64,000 nucleotides of DNA. It comes from a virus. The position numbers were made by a program, and so were the translations under genes. Within the stretch, counting starts at the first letter, position 1; each line of letters starts with the position of its first letter. Under the pieces are notes generated by a model that was given only the letters and a program-made list of their open reading frames with translations, ran no database searches and was not told where the DNA came from. Of this stretch, positions 9,444 through 18,600 are shown piece after piece. The stretch spans positions 1 to 64,000 of IMG/VR virus record IMGVR_UViG_3300005573_000062. The stretch is one strand, 5' to 3'.

Positions 9444-10139
9444 ATGGACAATAGAATAAATCCAAATAATGCAGATGTATTATACGATGAGAGTGGAGTT
9501 ACAATCGCCAACATTAAAGTGTTTGGTCCTAATACTGTTAATCAGTATGCTGTTCAAAGAGAAACAATGGCCAAAAGATTGGCAGATAAAGAAATAAATA
9601 CAACAACCGAAATTCTTACTAATCTATTTAAAAAAGCAGGATATGATGCAATAAAAGTAAATTATGTAGATCCTAAAATTACTTTGGATGAAAAAGATAA
9701 CATAAGCGGAAATATTAGATATTCATTTTTCGTTACAGATAAAGAAGGAACTAAAAAAGTCAATTTTGACTTAGTCTACAAAGAAGGAAAAGCTGAACTT
9801 CCTGATCTTTCCTCTATAAAAAGTGAAGTTAAAAATATAAAAACAGAAGAGAAAGAAAAAGAAGATCAAATAAAAACTGAGATAGAAAAACAATATGCTC
9901 CAGTAGCGGGCGTACAATTGGATGAAGACGGCGATATTAAGAAAGAAGCATCGGCTGGACCTAATAATGGTTCTTTTCATGCAGATATAATAAACGTCGA
10001 TAAAACTTGGATTCCCTTTCTTAAAAAGGGAGATATTATTGATATCGATGGAATGCCTTATGAGGTTGTCGGTGAAGATTATAACAAAATGTCTCAAAAC
10101 TCGGATGGTTCATTCATAACATTAAAGTTAAAGAGGTAA
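9444..10139 (+). CDS. Hypothetical protein, putative head-associated
   Basis: AGGAG RBS before ATG9444; internal KKEAS linker. Confidence 0.6.
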   Translation: MDNRINPNNADVLYDESGVTIANIKVFGPNTVNQYAVQRETMAKRLADKEINTTTEILTNLFKKAGYDAIKVNYVDPKITLDEKDNISGNIRYSFFVTDKEGTKKVNFDLVYKEGKAELPDLSSIKSEVKNIKTEEKEKEDQIKTEIEKQYAPVAGVQLDEDGDIKKEASAGPNNGSFHADIINVDKTWIPFLKKGDIIDIDGMPYEVVGEDYNKMSQNSDGSFITLKLKR

Positions 10140-10145
10140 CTCAAC

Positions 10146-11534
10146 ATGGCACTGTCTAATTGGATATATGAAATAATAGGTCTTTCTAAAAAATCAGAAA
10201 AGATTTTCAGTAATAAAACTTTTAATATTATAGATCCTTACTCAATCGGTGAAGAACCCCAACAGAGAATTAGATCCGTAACGCTAATAGTTGATTCTGA
10301 TGAAGATGAAAAATTTTATGTTTCTTTGTCATGGAAAGACACATTAAAAGAAATATTTTCAAAGAAATTTGATTCTTCCGAAAAAGCGATAGAAGCATTT
10401 AAAATTTTAAAGGAAGATTTATCCAAATTAGACGATTATATTAAAAATGATGATTTAGATAAAGCTGAAGAAGAGTCTAAAAAATTTTTAGATTACTTAG
10501 TAAATGAAAGTAAAAAGAGTGAACTAGGAGAACTAATTTCAGAAAGTAGCATACCCAATCTAAAAATGGATAATTTTATAATAAAAACATATAATCCTTC
10601 TTTGATTACTCCTATTCTTCCTAAATCTTTTTCAGATAATAGAAATCTTCCAAGTAAAACATTTCACGATAAGAATGGTAACATAGGAATAAATGGATTT
10701 TATTATGATAAATTTTTTGTAGAAAATAAAGTCATTAGTAATCTTGTTTTAATAGAAAAAAATCAAGGATTAAATTCTAATTATTTTGTTATAGCAGATA
10801 AAGATGAAGACAATTTTAATAAAATAGAATTAGAGATAAAAAGAGTGATAACTGACGATACTCCAGATATACAAGTAGAAGAACCAAAAGATAATACTAT
10901 TGCCTTTGGAAGTGGAAGAAGAGGTAAACCTTTAACAGATGAAGAAAGACTAGAAAGACATAAAACAATATTTCCTAATGACGATGTAGAAAGTACAGAA
11001 GACCTACCTCAAAGAGGAACCGGTAAAGGGATTGCTCCGTCTAAAGATGAACCTCGAAAATATTATAAATTTAAAACTGATAACGTGAAACAAGATAGAA
11101 CTCAGAAATTCGGTTCTCAAAATCCCTGGAATGCTAAGATGGAATATGACATGGATGGAACCAAATCATCTGAAAAGGCAATTTCATTTGAAACTCCATT
11201 AATAATAGATAAAGAAAACAATAAATATAATATAACATTTTTCAACGGAAAGAGTGAAAAATTAGATTTAGATACTTTGAAATCATACTTAAAATTATCA
11301 CACTTCGATTCGGAAATAATAGAAAAAATTTTAAAATCAGCTGAAAAAGGAAAAGTAATATTATACGGAAAAAATTTTGATCTGATAAAAGAATTCAATG
11401 TTAAAGTAAAAGCTTTATTAAATAAATATAAATATGAAGATGCTTTAGCCCTTTTAGAAAAAAATTCTTCTATCAGTGAATTCAACGATCTTATTAAGAT
11501 TCTTAAAACTGCGCACAATGAAAATGTATTATGA
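10146..11534 (+). CDS. Multi-domain hypothetical protein, putative head-associated
   Basis: GAGGT RBS; C-terminal DLIKILKTA. Confidence 0.6.
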   Translation: MALSNWIYEIIGLSKKSEKIFSNKTFNIIDPYSIGEEPQQRIRSVTLIVDSDEDEKFYVSLSWKDTLKEIFSKKFDSSEKAIEAFKILKEDLSKLDDYIKNDDLDKAEEESKKFLDYLVNESKKSELGELISESSIPNLKMDNFIIKTYNPSLITPILPKSFSDNRNLPSKTFHDKNGNIGINGFYYDKFFVENKVISNLVLIEKNQGLNSNYFVIADKDEDNFNKIELEIKRVITDDTPDIQVEEPKDNTIAFGSGRRGKPLTDEERLERHKTIFPNDDVESTEDLPQRGTGKGIAPSKDEPRKYYKFKTDNVKQDRTQKFGSQNPWNAKMEYDMDGTKSSEKAISFETPLIIDKENNKYNITFFNGKSEKLDLDTLKSYLKLSHFDSEIIEKILKSAEKGKVILYGKNFDLIKEFNVKVKALLNKYKYEDALALLEKNSSISEFNDLIKILKTAHNENVL

Positions 11535-12226
11535 TAAAGGAATTCATCCATTCCCTTTTTACTCGTTCAGTACAACCGAGTTCAATAAAAAGTCTAGATT
11601 CTACGTTAGTTCCCGAAGGTCCTGCTACTGTTTTTAATACCTCAAATCAGGATTATATTTATGTTGAAGATTTAAATTTAAGAATTCCAAAAACAGTTGG
11701 AATTGATTTAGGTCAATTCTATACACAGAAACAAATACTCGAGTCTGTCGACTTAAAAAGAAAGATAAATGAAGGTTTAATATCCATTCAACCGATTGGG
11801 ACTTCTCCATCTTTAGAAAAAGTTTTAATTAAATCAATTGATTCATTAGTAGTTGAAAATGTAAACGTTGCTAATACTATAGAAACTAAGACTATTAAAG
11901 AAATAATCGAACCTGAAAGTTTTATCACTACTGATACATTTCAAAATGCTAGACCTAACACTGGAGATATTATCGTTGATGGGTATAAATCAAAAACGAT
12001 TTTTATTGTTAATACTGGAGTAAATCCATTAAATTACAATATACTTGCTAGTGTGGATGGCAATAATTACGATTTTTTTATAACTAAAAATGGTGCTTTA
12101 AACAGTGGATCTAATGCAGTTCTAGTAGAAGATCGTGCATTTTATTCTATTAGAATCGAAGTGAAGTCAAAAAATCTAGGTGCTTCAACGACAGTAATTA
12201 CTAAGGGATATTTATTAGGAGTATAA
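11531..12226 (+). CDS. Putative virion protein with C-terminal beta-sandwich
   Basis: KTIFIVNTG.NPL.YNI.AS.DG..Y...YSIRIEVKS pattern. Confidence 0.5.
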   Translation: MIKEFIHSLFTRSVQPSSIKSLDSTLVPEGPATVFNTSNQDYIYVEDLNLRIPKTVGIDLGQFYTQKQILESVDLKRKINEGLISIQPIGTSPSLEKVLIKSIDSLVVENVNVANTIETKTIKEIIEPESFITTDTFQNARPNTGDIIVDGYKSKTIFIVNTGVNPLNYNILASVDGNNYDFFITKNGALNSGSNAVLVEDRAFYSIRIEVKSKNLGASTTVITKGYLLGV

Positions 12227-12227
12227 C

Positions 12228-13454
12228 ATGCCGATAATAGAACAGGATTCTAATGGAAATATTATAATTCCAGAATCTCCTTCCTTTTCTCCAGATTCAT
12301 TAGTAATGGATAAAGATGGAAATTTTATAAATCCTGCTAAAGAAGACGGTAATTTACAAATATTGTCCAATCAAGTAGTAACCAAATTGAATTTAACTTT
12401 ATCAGATTTATTAAATGGAATCAAAGGAATAGATAATAAAGATATATCTACTTTAGAGCAAAAAATTATTGATTTACAAACATTTTTAAATGGTAAGTTA
12501 AATTTATCTATACAAGATTTGGCTAATGCCCTAGAACAGATAACAGTTACTATTGATAATATAATAGGGATTAAAGATACTACAGGAATGCAAATCAATC
12601 CTGCTACCTTTGAAAGTATTCAAGGATTAAATACTTTACTTTCAGATATAAAAACTTTAATAAATTCATTAGATACAAAAACTACTATAGTAAATACCAA
12701 TGATGTTAAAGTTACAAGTTCAGTATTACCTACGGGTGCAGCTAAAGAAACGGGAGGAAATCTTGATTTAATTAAATCAAATACAGATAAGATAGATATT
12801 CCTTTATCTACTCGTGCTACTGAAACTACTTTACAAGATGTAGATACTAATGTAATAGCATTAGGCCCAAAGGTTGATGCTATCAAAACTCAATTAGATA
12901 CAAGAGTAAGAGGTCTTTTTGATGCTGATGGTAATTCAATTAATTCTATTGCTATTCCAATAATTGGGTATAGAGGAATTTCAAGTTTAAGTGCCACAAT
13001 AGACCAATATTATGCTTTTAATAAGCAGATGTTTTATTATGGCTATCCTATAAATATTAATGGTAATGACACAAATGTTATGGCATTAATAAATCCTGCG
13101 AATAGCAGAAAAACGATTTTAATAAAAAGAATATATATAGCAAGAAATCAGGATAACAATAATGGTGTTTTCTTTTCTATTAGATCAGGGGCTACGGTAT
13201 CTCCAGGAACACCTGTAACTCCATTATCCACAATAGGTGATGGAACTTCAGCTGCAATTTTATATACCGCTCCTGCGGTAACTGCCACAGGAAATTTAAT
13301 ATTTGTTATGGCATTAAATGCTAATGAAAGCAGTAAGCAAGAAGATTATAATTTAAATTACGGATTAAATACAGGAGAAAATTTACTTATAATAGGTAAC
13401 GCTACTGCTAATGGAACTCCGTGTTTTGTTACTCTTAATTGGGTGGAGGTATAG
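12228..13454 (+). CDS. Putative fibre-like virion protein
   Basis: Repeated (P/A)AKE/ATE knob motifs, coiled coil, beta-rich C-terminus. Confidence 0.5.
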   Translation: MPIIEQDSNGNIIIPESPSFSPDSLVMDKDGNFINPAKEDGNLQILSNQVVTKLNLTLSDLLNGIKGIDNKDISTLEQKIIDLQTFLNGKLNLSIQDLANALEQITVTIDNIIGIKDTTGMQINPATFESIQGLNTLLSDIKTLINSLDTKTTIVNTNDVKVTSSVLPTGAAKETGGNLDLIKSNTDKIDIPLSTRATETTLQDVDTNVIALGPKVDAIKTQLDTRVRGLFDADGNSINSIAIPIIGYRGISSLSATIDQYYAFNKQMFYYGYPININGNDTNVMALINPANSRKTILIKRIYIARNQDNNNGVFFSIRSGATVSPGTPVTPLSTIGDGTSAAILYTAPAVTATGNLIFVMALNANESSKQEDYNLNYGLNTGENLLIIGNATANGTPCFVTLNWVEV

Positions 13455-13455
13455 G

Positions 13456-14094
13456 ATGTTTGATTTAATAACATTAGACTACCCACAATTTATAAACATA
13501 GTTACTAAAAAGAAAGCAAGAATACAATATTTGGAAAAAGAAAATCAATATTGCCTATTTGCGTATGATGGCCCAATTAAATATTACACTTGTATTTATA
13601 AACAAGACCCAAAGATTGATAATTTTGACTGGGTTACAGAGCAGCAAAATCTAAATGATTTTGAAAGTAAATACAAATCTAGTGCCAATAGACCAATTGG
13701 AATTAGCCCTGTGGAAGGTGAGAGCATTTTTAAATCTTTTTTGTTAGAAATTCTAGATAACCAACAGCAAGGAATTATAGAAATAGATATAGCAGAAGTT
13801 TACGGTAAAGATATAGAATTAAGAAGGGTTAGACCAAGACCTATTCAAGCAAAAATGGGAGATAAGGTTCATTTTGAAGTCTGGGCTAAGGAAGGGTATG
13901 GGTTACCTACTGACGTTCCTTTGCGAAAATTTGGAGAGACCTATCTTGAAGGTGGAGATGGTTGGTCTGGCCTCTGGTATGAAGGAGTAGGAACTGCTCA
14001 AATTCCACAAATTTTTATATTAAAATTAATATATGATAAAGGAACAGATTTAACTTATAGGAGATTCTACTTAGATGTTGAGGTAATAATTTAA
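13456..14094 (+). CDS. Hypothetical (virion) protein
   Basis: GGAGGT upstream of ATG13456. Confidence 0.55.
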   Translation: MFDLITLDYPQFINIVTKKKARIQYLEKENQYCLFAYDGPIKYYTCIYKQDPKIDNFDWVTEQQNLNDFESKYKSSANRPIGISPVEGESIFKSFLLEILDNQQQGIIEIDIAEVYGKDIELRRVRPRPIQAKMGDKVHFEVWAKEGYGLPTDVPLRKFGETYLEGGDGWSGLWYEGVGTAQIPQIFILKLIYDKGTDLTYRRFYLDVEVII

Positions 14095-15251
14095 TGCTAG
14101 ATTCATTTTTGAATAAAATAATTAAAACTGCTCAAAAAGAGATATTAGATAAACCTATAAAAGGTTTAATATTAGTATTTGAAGGTTTAGACGGTTCTGG
14201 TAAATCCACGCAAACAGAATTAGTTGCTAAGATTTTTAAAAAAATAGGAAAAGAAGTTATTATATCTAGATGGAACTCTTCTAAAAAAATTTCAGATGTA
14301 GTTAAATTTTTAAAAAATAAAAAAGATCTTAAACCTCAAACCTGGACTCTGTTAGAAGCTGCGGATTTGTATGAAAGATTAAGAAAAGATATTCTACCTG
14401 TTGTCCAGAATGGAGGAGTTGCTATTTTAGATAGATACTATTATACCGCATTAGTTAGAGGATGTATTAGAGGAGCAGATCCTGAATGGATAAATGAAAT
14501 ATATAAATATGTTCCTGAACCCGACTACATTTTTTATTTTAGAATTAATCCTATTATTTCTTTATCTAGAGTATTAAAAAGATCTAAAGAGCTATCAATT
14601 TCTGATATTTTTGACATAAATGAGGTTCTTAAATTCTATGAATCAGGACAAGATCTTTCTTTTCATGAAAATAAATTAGTAAATTTCTATTTTTTTCAGA
14701 AAAAGATGACTGAATTATATGATACAATATTTAAAGAGTATAAAGATAAAGTATGTGTTTTAGATGCATCTAAAGACATATTATCTGTTTACGGCGATAT
14801 TATCAAATTTCTAAGGAATGAAAAAGTATTGACTGGATTTAGAACCTTTAGAGATATGATATATTTCGTTGAACTACCTAAAGGATCATTGAAAGTTTCG
14901 AAAGAGAATGAAGTAATGATGCCTTGTAATTATGGTTTTATTCCTAATACAATCGGTGAAGACTTAATGGAAGTAGATGTCTTAGTAGGTGATAATGAAA
15001 ATAGTGATTTAGTTGTTAAATTATATCATTACAATAAAAAAGATGAATTTTCAGAAGTAAAATATGCAATAGGATTTTCTTCAGTCGAAGAAGTTATTAA
15101 AGCATATACTCAAATTTATCCAAATAGAAAAATGAAATATGGAATAATGAAGTTTGAAGATTTTAAGAAAGAAATTAACAAAGAAGATGATTTTAGATCT
15201 ATAGAAAATCTGTTGAAATCGTATATAGGTGAGGGTACATATGGATTATAA
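14094..15251 (+). CDS. tmk: Thymidylate kinase fused to inorganic pyrophosphatase-like domain
   Basis: FEGLDGSGKST, LDRY (dTMP kinase); ELPKGS...PCNYGFIPNTIGED..EVDV (family I PPase). Confidence 0.85.
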   Translation: MLDSFLNKIIKTAQKEILDKPIKGLILVFEGLDGSGKSTQTELVAKIFKKIGKEVIISRWNSSKKISDVVKFLKNKKDLKPQTWTLLEAADLYERLRKDILPVVQNGGVAILDRYYYTALVRGCIRGADPEWINEIYKYVPEPDYIFYFRINPIISLSRVLKRSKELSISDIFDINEVLKFYESGQDLSFHENKLVNFYFFQKKMTELYDTIFKEYKDKVCVLDASKDILSVYGDIIKFLRNEKVLTGFRTFRDMIYFVELPKGSLKVSKENEVMMPCNYGFIPNTIGEDLMEVDVLVGDNENSDLVVKLYHYNKKDEFSEVKYAIGFSSVEEVIKAYTQIYPNRKMKYGIMKFEDFKKEINKEDDFRSIENLLKSYIGEGTYGL

Positions 15252-15762
15252 AATTAAGCCAGGAGAGATCTATCCTGGAGATATATTATTATTTTCAGGA
15301 AAAGGATTTATTTCAAGAGGTATAAAATTTTTTACAAATTCTGAATACTCCCATGTTGCAATTGCTGTTTCCGGAACAGAATGTATAGAAGCAACTGCTG
15401 CAGGAGTAGAAAAAAGTGATATACAAACATTAATAAATAAAACTGAACACTTTTGTGTAAGAAGAATAGATTTGACAATGGAACAAGCTGAAAAAATAAA
15501 GGAAAGAGCTTATCAACTTTTATATGAAAGTTACGATTTTCTTCAATTTATAAGTATGATTCCTTACCTTTTACTTAGAAAAATAGGAATAACATGGAAT
15601 TCTCTTATATTTAATTCTAGAGTTAGAATGATTTGTTCTGAATTGGTTGGGGTATGTTTAAAATATGCAGATGTTATTAATACTCCTAATTATTATATAA
15701 AAAGATATACTCCTGATTCTTGGTATAAATTTGAGAAGGCTAAAACAATTTTAGAATTATGA
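15241..15762 (+). CDS. Permuted papain-like NlpC/P60 (YiiX-like) hydrolase
   Basis: PGDILL, YSHVAI, IEA, YDF, CSELV, TP. Confidence 0.85.
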   Translation: MDYKIKPGEIYPGDILLFSGKGFISRGIKFFTNSEYSHVAIAVSGTECIEATAAGVEKSDIQTLINKTEHFCVRRIDLTMEQAEKIKERAYQLLYESYDFLQFISMIPYLLLRKIGITWNSLIFNSRVRMICSELVGVCLKYADVINTPNYYIKRYTPDSWYKFEKAKTILEL

Positions 15763-18581
15763 AACTTTTTAAAAACAAAAATCATCCTTTGATTCCTGTT
15801 TTGAATGAGTGGAAAAAATTAAATAAAATGGAATCTAGAACTTTAGATTCTATTGATGAAGAACCTATCTTAAAAACATTCAAAATCGATGGAGAATTAA
15901 CTGCTGTTTATTATAACAATGGAGATGTAGAATTAGTATCGAAGACAGGAACAATTCGAAAAGAACTTCCTTTGTGTGAAGAAATTAAAGATGCTTTAAA
16001 GGAATATAAAGAAGTTATTCTTATTGGAGAATTATATGGGGTGGATGAAAATGGGAAAATGCTTCCTTTTAATGAAACATCTAGTATTTTGAGAACGCCT
16101 ACTTCAGAAGAAGAAAAAAGAATTCGATTGTCTGTGATTCAAATATTATCAGCAGACAAATTGTTTTTTGATTCTGTCATTGAAAGTTACTCTTTAGTTA
16201 AAGAATTATTTAGTGAATATACATATATTCATCCTATGCCTGAAGTAACAAAAGATTTAAATGATATTTGGACAGTTGAGATAGCAACAAAAAATTACGA
16301 AGGATTTGTTTTATATTATCCAGATAAAATAGTAAAAGTTAAACCGAAATTGGAATTTGATTTAGCTGTTATATTTGTTGAGATTAGTGATATACACCCA
16401 GATAGAATGGGGGCTCTAGGACTTGCTTTTATGGATGAAGAAAGAAATTTTAGATATGCTGGAAAAGCGGGAACTGGGTTTTCTAATAAGGATAGATATG
16501 ATTGGTTAGAATATGGAAAAGAAAGAGAAGTAAGAAAAGAGGATAACAAAATTTTTATAAAACCAGATAGAGTTGTAAAAATAGAGGCAATGGATGTTTT
16601 TATTAGAGAAGCTGAAACGTATGATCAGGATTTAAATTATATTGGAGATAAAACATCTGGGATATTAAGACAACCTGTATTTATAGAAATACGAGAGGAT
16701 AAAGAAGCGACCCCTGAAGATATTAGAATAGAACAGATTCCTAATTGGAATAAATTAGTAAAAACCTCATCTTTATCAGTTGTTTCATATATTCAATATA
16801 TTAAAAATCATAAGAATTCAAAAGGAGAACCTGCTCCTTGGGTAATAAAAGAGCATAATACTGGAAGAATACTTTCATCCCATAAAACCAAAGAAGAAGC
16901 TGAAAAGCACTTAAAACAAATATATTATTTCAGACATAAAAAAGCAGGGTATCAAATGGAATTAGATGATTATTTAAAGGAACGTCTTTTTGAAAAATAT
17001 TTAAATGATCATATTAATTCAGTAAAAGATAATGTTAAAAAGATAGTGTTTAAGTATCCTCAATATATAAAAGCATTAGAGAATGTAGAAGAACATGATA
17101 AACTTAAAAATTTAGAGCCTGAAAGAACTCCATATATTGAATTAACATATAAGAAATTGTATGGGATTAAAGATCTATCTGAAGAAGAACAACAGGCTCT
17201 ATTTCATCATATCAAAAATAGTAAGCATCATCCTGAATATTGGGATGATTTAGTACAGAATGTAAGGAATGATCCCGATAATGCAACTCAAGAAGTGAAT
17301 GTTTCTAAAATGCCAGATGAATATCTCTTGGAAATGGTTGCAGATTGGAAAGCTACTGCTGATGTACTAGGAAATACCGCTAGATCCTGGTTTGAAAAAC
17401 AAAACGGAAAAAGATGGATTTTTACTTCACATCAAATTGATTTAATTAACAAATTTATAGATGTTCTAGAACCTCAAGAATCTAATGAGGAAAGAAATCT
17501 TATACAATCAGTAGAAGAAGAGATAAAAGCAGTTAAGTTATACACAGATTTCCGGGATAAAACAAATGATGAAAAAGTAAAAGATGTTTATAATCATGTA
17601 ATTGATGAAGAAATGGAGCATGCAGAAGAATTTTTAGATGCACTAAAGAATACCAGAGAAGCACTTTTCATGAATGCATATTTTCCTAGTCATCCGGATA
17701 AAATAGTCATACCTGAGGCTAAAAAAACAGAAAAAGACATATGGAACTATTACGATTCTATAAAAGAAAAGATGCTTAATTATCTTAAAGGGTATGATAT
17801 TGTACTTAGAATCATAACTGATTCTGGGCCTATAATTGTACGGCATGACCCCAAAACAGGTGAGAATATTAAAATAAATACTATTGAAGATTTTGACAGA
17901 TGGAATAATGGTAGAGTTATCGAATTTCATAGAGCTATTCCTTCATCTAAAACAGATCTCTTATGGATAGATTTTGATCCTCATGAAGAATACGATAAAA
18001 AAGATATTTTTAAAATTATGTCTGAGATTGAAGAACAAGTTAAAGATAATTTCGATGTTAATAAAATAGAAACTTTTTCTACTGGGGGTAGAGGATACCA
18101 TATGTTTATATACTTAAAATCCGAAATTGATGTAGATGAAGCTAGAAAAGAATTAAAAAGACTTTTAGATGAAATTTCAGAAAATCATGAAAAAATAACT
18201 ACTGGAATAGCAAATAAGGATGAAATGAGATTAGATATTTCAACTTTGCACTATGGCGGTAGTTTAAGATCTCCTTTTTCTCTTAATATAACATCTGGGA
18301 TTCCTGAAAAACCGATCAATATAACTATTAGTCATTTGCTATCTTTTATTAAAACTGGGGATCAAGATGAAATCATTAAAACTGAATATGGGATTCTACG
18401 CGAATTGTCAGATGAAGGATTAATAAATAACGATATTTTAGGTAAATTATTGGAAAAAACAGATTTTGGTAAAAGGATGAGGGAAGAAACAGAAAGAAAA
18501 ATTAATAATGAAATTTCTAAAGAAGAGTATAAAAACAATATAATAAAGTTAGTCGAAGAACTTCTAGCTGCTTTAATATAA
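15759..18581 (+). CDS. Polyprotein: ATP-dependent DNA ligase + small domain + DUF5662/HD-like + ferritin-like + LigD-type AEP primase-polymerase
   Basis: KIDGE, GELY, EGFV, KVK, GKAGTGF, LRQPVF..REDK; HD..K...HH..N.HHPEYW...EMVADW; EEEIKAV.LY...EEMEH; HPDK...YY, IDFDP, TGGRGYH, SPFSL. Confidence 0.85.
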   Translation: MKLFKNKNHPLIPVLNEWKKLNKMESRTLDSIDEEPILKTFKIDGELTAVYYNNGDVELVSKTGTIRKELPLCEEIKDALKEYKEVILIGELYGVDENGKMLPFNETSSILRTPTSEEEKRIRLSVIQILSADKLFFDSVIESYSLVKELFSEYTYIHPMPEVTKDLNDIWTVEIATKNYEGFVLYYPDKIVKVKPKLEFDLAVIFVEISDIHPDRMGALGLAFMDEERNFRYAGKAGTGFSNKDRYDWLEYGKEREVRKEDNKIFIKPDRVVKIEAMDVFIREAETYDQDLNYIGDKTSGILRQPVFIEIREDKEATPEDIRIEQIPNWNKLVKTSSLSVVSYIQYIKNHKNSKGEPAPWVIKEHNTGRILSSHKTKEEAEKHLKQIYYFRHKKAGYQMELDDYLKERLFEKYLNDHINSVKDNVKKIVFKYPQYIKALENVEEHDKLKNLEPERTPYIELTYKKLYGIKDLSEEEQQALFHHIKNSKHHPEYWDDLVQNVRNDPDNATQEVNVSKMPDEYLLEMVADWKATADVLGNTARSWFEKQNGKRWIFTSHQIDLINKFIDVLEPQESNEERNLIQSVEEEIKAVKLYTDFRDKTNDEKVKDVYNHVIDEEMEHAEEFLDALKNTREALFMNAYFPSHPDKIVIPEAKKTEKDIWNYYDSIKEKMLNYLKGYDIVLRIITDSGPIIVRHDPKTGENIKINTIEDFDRWNNGRVIEFHRAIPSSKTDLLWIDFDPHEEYDKKDIFKIMSEIEEQVKDNFDVNKIETFSTGGRGYHMFIYLKSEIDVDEARKELKRLLDEISENHEKITTGIANKDEMRLDISTLHYGGSLRSPFSLNITSGIPEKPINITISHLLSFIKTGDQDEIIKTEYGILRELSDEGLINNDILGKLLEKTDFGKRMREETERKINNEISKEEYKNNIIKLVEELLAALI

Positions 18582-18592
18582 AATTGCGTTTT
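18577..18592 (+). promoter_or_regulatory. Putative late promoter
   Basis: TATAAAATTGCGTTTT. Confidence 0.6.
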
Positions 18593-18600
18593 AATTGGTT

